A stretch of 64,000 bases of DNA. Origin: Lingula anatina (taxonomy: Eukaryota > Animalia > Brachiopoda). The stretch lies in the NCBI GenBank assembly GCA_051362555.1, contig CM120648.1, forward strand, positions 6,754,587 to 6,818,586, in the 5' to 3' direction. Position numbers and translations under genes: made by a program. Each line of letters begins with the position of its first letter. Position 1 is the stretch's first letter. The notes beneath the pieces were generated by a model that saw only the letters and a list, made by a program, of their open reading frames with translations, ran no database searches and was not told the origin of the DNA. Positions 53,671 through 64,000 of the stretch are shown here, piece after piece.

Positions 53671-55706
53671 AATAAAAAAATAATTACGAAAAATCAACAA
53701 ATCCTCAAAACTTGATTTTCAATTATATATCTTCTACAAACCAAGGCGGATATATTGTCTGAGGCGTAAACAGTGATTACATTGAGAAGAACACGATCAT
53801 TGACGCGGAAAACGATTTCTTTGTTAATCTAAGTTCAGTGCTGGGCAAGAGGCCATCCGAGTACGTGCCGTTCACATGCAATGTATGAGGAGCGTGTTCA
53901 CAATCAATGACCTTAGGAGTTCGCATGAAATGCCGCGTCCTAAAGGTTCAATCACAAAGAGCCTTTGGTTGGTTTTAATTTATTCATTTCCGCTTAATCT
54001 ATTAGGTTACAATTTCCTTAGGCTGTGCCAAATCATAATCGCAGCTAATGAGATTCGTTTGAACTTAGCTAATTTGATGAAGAGTGAGAACAGAGTCAGA
54101 TTATACAGGGTTAAAGACTACCGGTAGATTGAGAGAAAGGGAAAGTCTAGCACTCTAGCTATTTTAAATAGAAAATAGCGTCTAAAAGGAACTTACACCC
54201 CCTCCCCCAGGACCTATAGCCCGGAATATCATTCCTAAACACTGAATTATTTAAAGAACTTTTATCTCAGTGATAAAACACTTTTAAGACAACGATGTTT
54301 TCACATGGATGCTTTCTTATGAGTCATGCTACCACTTTATGTTATCTGTCTGGTGCTCTTTAGAATTTTCGTCAGGAAGGACTAAGAAGTCAAGAACAAA
54401 ACACGAGAAAGAGAGGGCTAACCAAACACCAGTGCACATGATCCACGCACAGCTGTTCTGACGCACAATATGGTTCATTTCAGGTCAATTAAACACAATC
54501 ACGCAACGGTGGCTTCAATATGTTTCTTGGTCTGAGATCTGGAATCTAGACAACTACAATACATGTACTATACGTAATGGACAGATCTTACGGACAAATC
54601 TCTTACCAGAGCTTGGTGTGATATAATGCTTAAATGATGATGAAGTGAATGGCAAGCAAGCGTATATACGCATACCGTACAGGTATTATGTAATGACCGG
54701 CCGTGTATAAATTGCCAAATCAATAATATTTGTTGACCTTACAGCACGGGGTCATATGCCAGGAAACCAAGGTTGCTGATTCCTCAACAGTGCGAATTAC
54801 GTCAATTACTTCTGCCAAATTAAAATTTGAAATTTGAAATTGAGTAATAACATGCATGTGTACAAATCTCGATTTATGGGAACATAAGCGTTGTTACATC
54901 GATGTTTTATGAGGACAGTGGTAAAGTCAATATTTTAACACTGTCAGTTTCAATCGAATGCTTCCCTCCACTAAGGGAGATGCAGTTGCGGGCAACCATA
55001 GGTTAGTTTCCCTGTGTCGCCCAGACTCCGAATACATTGGACAAGAGTACATTATCATTTCTACATGTCCTTTTTGGACATCGCACCTGGCAATAGGCAT
55101 ATACTGCATGGTAGGGTTTAAGAGACTATAAATTTATCTGCTCCTTTTTTATTTTCACTTTCTTTTTTACCTACTGTTGCTGCTGCAGCTACTACTACTA
55201 CTTATTTCATTATTATTATTATTATTATTATTATTAATTTGTTGGTTTATCGCTTTATGATGATTGTTATTGGATATTCTAGGGCATCGCCTGCCTGGCA
55301 ATAGTTCTTACTGGATTCGCTTTTGCTGAGCAATATGGACTTGAAATGTCAGAGGGAATACAATGGACAGGTAGGCTGCTCCGCTAAAAGTTTGAATTTT
55401 ACAAGTGTGAAAACTACCTAACGAGAAGGTATAGAAATAGGAACAAAATGTTTTCTGATTTTACCTTTGGCATTCTGCTCTTAAGCGTTCGTACATTACA
55501 ATTTCTATGGATGGGGACCGCAGTTTCCACTCCCCTTTTTCAAATATGTGAAACTGTTCTATTTCAATTCTGTACGAATTAAATTCACCAAGTAATATTT
55601 TTCCTTTGCCTAGATACCGGTATGTGCGTTGATTGTAAGAGCTCGTGACAGAGATGAATTTCTAATATCTATTTTATTTGTTAAATGAATTAACAAATAT
55701 TAATAC

Positions 55707-55758
<52 letters not shown>

Positions 55759-57605
55759 GGTATCCCATTTGAATCTCTGAAAACAGTGACGGTATTTTCC
55801 TACGTGATGTTTGGGGCGTGGCTGGCCAGCAGTGTACTGATGTACATTGCCGTCTACCTGGTAAGGTATCTGTTACCGCTCTTCGTGTATTAAAATGGTG
55901 TATTTGTAGACAATGACATCAAGCCAAATGCCTTTGAAAAATAATAGCGTTTGTCTTTCAAATGTAATTATGTAGCCATAGATGAAAAATGTGCTTATGA
56001 TAATGATAATAATTATAATAATTTCGTTGGTTTAATCAGTTTGGAGGGATTATTTATGTTTAAATTATATAAATCTTTATTCATTTGTGTTCATTAATAC
56101 GAGCAAGATTAATTTTTCCTTCAGGAGAGCAGAGTGTGCTGCTACCCGTGGATATTCCAGACGATAGTTTGTTCCATTATTCTCATCGCCTGGGTCATTT
56201 ACTGCGGGATTACCATGGGGACAGCGGCATCGCGCGGCACTGACACCAGTCCTTTAGGTTAGGGTTCGCTCTATCTATTTATCTATTTCCAATTATAATT
56301 ATTATCATTATTATTTAATTGTTTTTAAACAAATTAGATTTTATTTATTCACTTATTTATTTGCCGGAGTTAAATCTTTCACTATGCGTTTAGGCAAGTG
56401 AAAATGCCACTTTTCTTTTTGTAAAGAGGAACTGACGAAAGACGTTATATTCATAACCGCCATCTGATTTTTTGTTTCAGACACTAGGGCTTGGATTGAG
56501 TATTTTGAACGGTCTCTCCTCATTGCAGGGCTGTTTATCTACAACGTAAGTCTTATAGAAAAAGTAATGAAAATGTGATGAAGTTGAAATGTGATTTAGA
56601 AATACTGCTTTGTGGTAGTTTTCAAATTAAAAAAAAATGGTCCTTCTCGTTAGAGGAAACTGAAAAAAATTCTAACTGGAAAAGATCTCTTAACCCCGCG
56701 TGTGAAATATCTTCAATTTAATCAAGTGCATCTAGCCGTTTTATTGCCTGGACATAAATACAGCGTTTTAAATTCGTAGATCTACAATATAATTTATTGT
56801 AGATCTACGAGTAATTTGACTAAGTTAGGTTTAGTTTCTTTCACGATGCGGCAACATAAACAAAACATAGCAATGTACAATAAAAAGCACACAAAATTAA
56901 ACGTACACAGAGCTTATAACAAAATGCTGCTGACAACTAAATTATACATGTACATTCTGCGAAGACGCTTTGTACACAAGGTCTACAACAAGCACAGGAT
57001 CTTCACGTACGCTCATGTACACCATTAAAGCTGAGTTTATACTACGTGATGTACCGGTAAGTCTATAATTAAGCGCATGTTCAAGTGTTTTCTATTTTTG
57101 TTTTCTTTCAGGTGGTGGGAATTGTCTGTGTTCGGGGCTACTGTGCAGAGCTGTGGGAAAAACAAAACAAGGTGATAACGTAAACCTTCTGAATCATTAA
57201 ATACGAAACATAAAACACCCAGCTAATTTCTTGTCGATTGATGATAACGTAAGTGAATGAATAAATGTAAAATTAACGTCAAATACCGCAAACTAAATTC
57301 TTGCCTTTTTTGTCTGTTCGTTCAGTTTTTTAAACATATTATAACATTTTCATACGCCTACCTCCTATTTTTATCCAGCTTGCTCGTCAAATTTTTAATT
57401 CATTAATTAACTTTTTACTCTCTAAGTATCATGCATGTACACATTCTTTCCTGACGTAAAAAGTACGCCTGTTACGTCTAATTTCCAGGCGGGGTCCCTG
57501 ACGCCGAGCGTGGATGTCGAGAAGAGATTTTCCGATGTATTCAATCCGCCGCATCTCCGCTCTGACCACGTGTATAATATTCCGGTGGGAACTTATATCG
57601 CATAA
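52526..57605 (+). CDS. Four-transmembrane protein, LAPTM4/DUF4728-like, ~212 aa
   Basis: Exons 52526-52600 (or alternative 54958-55110), 55283-55370, 55760-55860, 56125-56257, 56481-56545, 57112-57171, 57489-57605; 639 nt in frame. N-terminal CLGCLSFKEG, four hydrophobic segments, YPW at the start of TM3, CVRGYC at the end of TM4. Family assignment is by motif resemblance only. Confidence 0.7.
52682..52733. repeat. Poly-T run (~52 nt)
   Basis: Directly visible. Confidence 0.9.
53617..53668. repeat. (CT)n microsatellite
   Basis: Directly visible; similar arrays at ~17266-17295 and ~52867-52908. Confidence 0.9.
56680..56776 (+). repeat. 97-bp dispersed copy of receptor copy-B intron 8 sequence (47593-47689)
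   Basis: aaaagatctcttaaccccgcgtgtgaaatatcttcaatttaatcaagtgc...cagcgttttaaattcg matches copy B; followed by hairpin 56774-56810. Confidence 0.9.
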
Positions 57606-59139
57606 CTGCGGGCTATACCCTGTCCGGTTCTTGAAGAAGAGAGAGAACGTTTCTGCGCCACGTTTGTGATCTTTTAACACATATCAACGAGTATATCTGT
57701 TGTTGAATGCATTCTCAGTATACAAAAACTGGGAATCAAATGATGGCAAAGGGGCAGCTGTTGGGCAGTGGGTATTGCAGTGTACATGTATATAATACGG
57801 TGGGCATGCCGAGCTTTATATCAAAACTGGTGTGGCGCGAATATATCGTTTTTGTACAGTCTTTTTTTGTCCTATGCGCAAACGAATAGCTTTAACAAAT
57901 ACGGATTTTATTGCATAGTTGGTAAAGCGTATATATTGGGGCATGGATCACGTGTTTTGTAAATTATCATCGAGCGCTTAAAGCACAAGAGGGATTCCTC
58001 TCCTGTTAGTAAGAAGCAAACTGACTTTGCGCTAACTTGCTCAGTAGTTGTACTCGTAGATTTAATATTTTATATATTTCCAAATAGAGATCGAACTTTT
58101 TTTTATTCTGATCACCCAGGATAAGGATAAGGATCGACCTCTTCTGACGTCACAGGTATCTCAGGGATAGTCTAATGTAGAGCATCAGAAATAGACCATG
58201 TTATAGTTGGCGCTTTTCTGTTGTAATTTTGCACCTGTACAAAAATGCATATTTTACACGGTTTAAAAAGAGCCAAGCATTCTTTGTAGAACTGCAAACT
58301 TATTCATTCCATTAGTACATGTAATAACACAATTTTCCATTCTAAACCAAAAGAATGCACGAGGGCTTTTTGCCTAGTATGACTTTTTATTGAATATGTA
58401 ATTAGGTTTGTACTGCTTTACGTGTGCACGAAGCTTAATTGTAGTTATTATAGAGTTTAGTCCCAACGGTATAGACACTGCTCTCACACTAGTAAACTCT
58501 ATTGAGTCTGTGTCATTAATTTTACTGTCTCATGAATATTGTGAAGATTTGAAGTTGTGATATTTGATCTCTGATTGAGGAAAAGCATTATAATCAATGC
58601 AAATTAAAATTACACAAAAAAGTCATTACTTCATCAAGAGATTTTTGTCTCTATGCTATGTTCATAAATGAGCAGCTTTTGATTGACAATTATTTTACGT
58701 GTAAATGCAATAATCCAAAAATGTACATAGAAAATGTTCTCTTTATTGAGAAAAAAATTAACTTGTATGTTTGTTAATTTTAATACTATATTCGACAAAT
58801 CCTTGCATACTTAAAAGGTTTGTGTGATTGGTCTATTGGTAAAGAAATAAATCTTTTGACAAACCCATTTCTTTTAGTCTTAATGAACACATTTATGAAA
58901 TATTATTATGGAATATTAAATCAAAAGTTATGTAGCATGTTAATGCCACTCATCCAGTCATATTTTACATATTAAATACATTTTTAAATCTTTCACTGGC
59001 TTACAATTCAGTCAAAATATCATGTGGGAGAACTAACATCGTCAATTACGCTAAATTGTATGTCAAGTAGCAGATTGCAAGAAATTCTTTATGCCCACAG
59101 CACAGCTAGATGGCCACATTGTTGCTGCCACTTTATTTC

Positions 59140-59956
59140 TTACTGCTGTTGGTGTTGTAATGTCATACTGTCACCATAATCATGCTCATGGTACTGATGC
59201 TCAAAATGCTGCTGATTCAGAAGCTGTTCCTGTTGTTGTTGTTGCTGTTGTTGTTGTTGTTGCAGATATTGTGTCTGCTGCTGATGTTGGTAACCACCGT
59301 AACTTTCCCCTGTCATGGACTCCAAAAGCAATATGGCTTCCGTGGCACTCTGAACCTCCGAGGTCATGGTCTGACCTGAGGGGACAGATGTATAGGTGGC
59401 GCCATGTGCTTGTGGAGCTGTGGAGGCAAATTGATTCATCTGAGCATCTGGTTGGGCATATTGGACCTAAATAAAGTAGTAAATGGCAGTCAACATTACA
59501 GTACAGTACATTTAACTGGTACATTTATTGATTGACTTCTTATATGTAAAACAACACATAAAATAAAAACAATGGCAATAGATAATTTAATTGCATAAAA
59601 AGCATGATTTGTGTGTATTTATGGACCCTGATATTTAAACAACTTTGTGAGGAAAAAAAAAGGAGCCTAGACAACACTGCATGCATATTGTGAATATGTC
59701 TGCTATTATTTTCTGCTTTTTTGAGACTAATGTACAGGAAACCAAGAGAGCACTGTACTAGGATTTTCTATACTGTTTGAGGATAAAAAAGTTGAACCTA
59801 ATAAGACAACTTAGAATTACAATTTTTAGCTATTCAAATTCTTGTACAGATCTAATTCTTCACAACTGTTCTGATGTGTCTGGTCTTGAACAAAAAGTTA
59901 ACAAATAAAGTTTTAAATGAAAAGAAAATGAATCAATTCATCAATTACTGAATATA

Positions 59957-60011
<55 letters not shown>

Positions 60012-60507
60012 AAATATACTGTGCCTAGTACAACTGACCTGTAACTGTTTGTCTTGCCCCATCTCGTAATACACAGTTTCTTCTACGATATGCTGATCTT
60101 CAGTGCTGCCCCCTATCTCCATGGTGACAGTTCCCTCTTGAACCACCTCGCTTGTCTCAGGACCTGCTGTGGTCACAATGTATACAGTCTGGAAATAATA
60201 ATATGAAAATATAAATGAAAGCTTTTTATATGTAATTAATCAGAGAAATAAATAAATGGAATAACATATCAATATGGCTGGCCCAATTTACAGGTTAGTA
60301 AAAATTTCATTCCTTGCAAGCCATTAAAAAACCACTTGGCTGAGATGCATAACACTTAAGAGTCCTTTTTTACTCATTTATAATGCTGTTCATTTCATTA
60401 CTTTTTGCAGTGAAACAGTCATTATATCTTAATCAGTGCACACACTTTTCTATCCTAAACTTTGAACTGCACAAATGTACACAAATAAACAATTTCACAC
60501 ACATACA

Positions 60508-60551
<44 letters not shown>

Positions 60552-63500
60552 CCATGCAGCACCCCACTCTCTTTCTGTCTCACCCTGTTCTGATTCCCCT
60601 CCCCATCTACTTCCATCAGCACGGTGCTGTTGGAATGTTTCTGTCTCATGTGGTTGTGAAGTCGGACTTTGGCCACAAACGTCTTCCCACACACCGTGCA
60701 TGCAAACTCCTTCTGTTTCACTATCTTATGGACACCCTCCATGTGATTACGAAGAGCAGTTCTCCAGGTGAATTTCTGAGTGGAAAAAAAGACACCCTAT
60801 TAGGTAGTATAGTAACTATAAAGTACTAATTAAAGAATGCCTTTCTAACTTGTGTTTTTTCTTTTTTTTTAATCATTCAAATAAATCATGTCTCAGCAAA
60901 ATCAAAATGCATGAATTCTGGTCCTGAAGCTTTCTCATGCCATTTTTTAAAATCCTTCATGGTCCTTAAGCAAACTTATAGCTGCCATTTTATAAAATCA
61001 GTATGTATGTTATTTATATTTCCCTCTGTTCAAATGAGCGTGAATGTTAACTTTTTTCAAAACATTTAAAGATCCTCAATTTACTATTCTTCTATTTCTA
61101 TATTTTACATACTAAGATGAAATTCTACATGGTCTATTGTTTCCTTACCTTTCCACATTCGGTACACGGAAACTCCGGCTGCGCGGCATCTTCATGCTTG
61201 TGTAACATGTGAACCTGCACACTGGTCTTGTCGCGGAACTGCTTGCCTGAAACAAAAGTTTAATTTCCTTATGTTTTCTTTCTCAACCACTTAAAAATCA
61301 TTTCCAAATTTCAGTATTTATATCAATGTTGTGGAAAGCCGTTTTGTTACATTTCTAGGGGATACTGTCACTTCAGCTCTTAAACTGCCCCCAAGTGTGA
61401 CAAGCATCAGTATATCTATCATTTATTTGTAAAAGATTGGAATCTTATAATTAGCTTTAAATTACAGACTAATATGCTAAAATTTATGCTTAAACAAAGG
61501 ATAAGCGGCACTGCCCTTGAATTGATCTCTTTTCGAGCATTTGAGAAAAATATCCTCAAAAGAGTGTTCTGCAAGTTGCTGGGTTTTGTATAAGAATTTG
61601 AAATCCACAACTTCAGAATACTCTTTTAAGTTTTATAAGGCTAAATCAAAAGGAGCATATTCCTCCAACAGGGAGAAAAAAATGTCCATCCCTGATGCTG
61701 TCCACCTACCACATATTGAGCAGCAGAACACTGTTTGTTTCTCATCATGGAACTTGAGTATGTGTCTTCGCAGTGTCTGTCTGTTACTAAGATACTTGTG
61801 ACAGTGGGGACACTCCAGCTTGGAGTCCAACTCATGAAAATATCTGAAATAAATACATTTACACTGGGGTCAACCTAAAGTAATACAATTTTTTAACAAA
61901 TCAATGTGACAATGTAATTATATTAAAGTAGTTAACATTTTGAGGGTTTTTTATTCTAATTTTCTATTTTTTTTAATCAAAGTGTATTAGCATTTGGAAT
62001 TTATTTTTTGCACAATCTTAATTTATCAGGTGTTTCAGTGTCAAAGATACTATATACATGTATATTATAACCTTGTCCAAAAGCAGCAAAATAAATATGC
62101 AAAACAAAACCAACATGCAGAGTGTTGCAAACCTTCAATTGTTTCATAATTACACTGAGTAGATGAAAGACTTCACCTGTCTTACTTTAAACTACATTAT
62201 ATTAATCATAGTCCACACATCTTACTTGATATGTTCTTGCAGATTCAGATACGTTTTATATGTTTTGCCACACAGATGACAGGTCAGGGGCCTTCCTGAA
62301 TGCTCGCGCTGTTTGTGCGCCTTGACTAAATCACGACGCTTGAAAACCTGCCCACAGTCCTCACATGGAAACTCTCCAGTGACTTCCCCCAAGTGGTGCA
62401 CTCTTTGTAGGTGATGCTTAAGACCATGACTGCTGTGATACATGCGCCCACACAAACTGCATAGACGTCTCATGGCCCCTCGGAACATCTGCAGGCAACA
62501 AATCAACAAATTATAATAATAATAATAATAATAATAATCTAAACACTGTCCTCCTGCTGGTAATTCCTGCATTTTTATTTGGCTTAAAATTTGTACAATT
62601 TATCTTGCATACGTGTTGAAGATGAACATTTTGCTATGACAAAACTTTGGTCTTCTAAAAAAGAAATATATTCACAATTAATTCTTTTGGATATAAGTTA
62701 TAAATCTCATACTGAATTTCAGAGATTATCAAAAAAAAATCTCCATTTTCATCATGTCTCTGCCATTTCCAAAAATGAACAGGATGAAAGTTGAGAGGAG
62801 TTTCCAGTAATTTCTGACACTCAGGGAGTCAGGGTGAAGTAATACAAACCAATACCTGGATGTAGTTTCTTTTCTCAGGGTGCCCCCTATGTTTCACTTT
62901 GAGATGAACATACACAGCGCTGCCGTTCTTGCATGGAAACTGACATATGGGACACAGCACGGGATCACCATTCCGTTTTGTCGCATTTTTTCTGGTTTTC
63001 ATGATTCGTTTTTCCCTTTGGGAGGAGTTGTCTGTAGTGTGTGAAGTTTCTTTTGCATCTGTTGTAGAGTTTGTTTCAGATTTAGGATCTCCAGTTTTGT
63101 CATTCTCTGCATTATTTGTTACAGTATTTGTGGGCATATCAACATGTTTGTCAGTATCACCTTTTGACCCCAAGTTCACATCACTTTCAGGTTGGTTGTC
63201 ATGGGACAAATGTGCTGTTGTTTTAATATCTTTGCCCTCCTCGATGCGGTATCTTCGTGGCATTTTTATTACCCTTCTGTTCCTTTTCAAATTTGTGTTT
63301 CCTCTTCCTTTGAGGATATTGTCTGAGGGGTTTTCTTCTTGTTTTTGAGGGAGGTGTCTCTCTTTCTCACTATCATTAATTGCTGTAATGGTTGAACTTG
63401 GTTGAATGAATGCTGTTTGATCTGAAAGGGTGATTCATATACTAGTATAATATTATTACATGGGAGAATATTATAATCATAATTGCCATGTGGGGTCACT

Positions 63501-64000
63501 CTCTTTGCCATAGCTGAAAACCTCATTTAGAGGTGCTAATGCAAGAAAGATGGCTGCATGATAAATATACATAATACTACCAATGGACATTATAATTTTT
63601 CATATTACATGTGCTTTATTTCATTCATACCATTAAATGCATCTGACATCTTAACATTAAATCTGCAAAACAAAAAATAATAACGATAAATAAAACTGAA
63701 AAATTATGCAAGTTTAAATGATGTCAATGGTATTAAATTAAATCAAATGCACACATACCAGACTCTGCCCGACATGTCACTTTCCTGGCAGCAAACCCCC
63801 TTGGTTTTTTAGCGGGTCGCCCTGGGCCCCTTTTAGGTTTTTCTTCAAGTTCTCCCTGTACTGTTTTGGATTCACCATTCTCTACACTTTGAACAGTGTC
63901 ACACTTTCCTTGTTTTTCGCTTTGGACATTCTCAGGTGTCTGTTTTACGTTTTCTTCACACTCGATATCTTTTGGCTTGTCTGCGTTATCGACATCAGAC
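59140..64000 (-). CDS. C2H2 zinc finger protein (8 fingers visible, AT-hook-like motif, Gln-rich C-terminus); partial, 5' end right of the window
   Basis: Exons >64000-63759, 63421-62856, 62488-62226, 61843-61710, 61246-61149, 60775-60584, 60188-60039, 59466-59140; phase-consistent. Fingers such as CEDCGQVFKRRDLVKAHKQREH and CTVCGKTFVAKVRLHNHMRQKH; KRGPGRPAK. Confidence 0.9.
60511..60548. repeat. (AC)n microsatellite
   Basis: Directly visible in a zinc-finger gene intron; (AAAT)n also at ~59958-60010. Confidence 0.9.

Noticed and set aside
57429-57680. 83-aa minus-strand ORF in a GC-rich patch
   Set aside because: The GC-rich core is explained by the plus-strand last exon (57489-57605) of the four-TM gene.

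Overview
AT-rich, intron-rich eukaryotic (invertebrate animal-type) genomic DNA. The organism cannot be named from sequence alone. I reconstructed seven spliced gene models by hand from splice sites and phase continuity: (1) NRF-6/O-acyltransferase-like (AT3) gene, minus strand, 3' end outside the window; (2) GOLIM4-like Golgi protein with a Q/N/G-rich lumen, minus; (3) SLC35F6, plus, head-to-head with GOLIM4; (4,5) two tandem copies of an unrecognised type I membrane protein (signal peptide, Lys-rich VEIIPT repeats, 3xTSP1, Ig, EGF, TM, long tail); (6) a four-TM LAPTM/DUF4728-like gene; (7) a C2H2 zinc-finger gene, minus, 5' end outside the window. The most notable structure is a ~9.5 kb tandem duplication (30834-40375 / 40390-49656). 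It carries a nested in-frame 417-bp duplication sharing the same breakpoint, a 14-bp templated junction repeat and an orphan copy of the SLC35F6 last exon. The upstream receptor copy is truncated and lacks a TSP1 cysteine and the NPxY motif. Other points: a 97-bp templated insertion ending in a hairpin, an exon-like segment open in two frames inside a GOLIM4 intron, a Cys-rich cassette in the acyltransferase, and several MITEs. No tRNA, rRNA, CRISPR or autonomous transposon was recognised.
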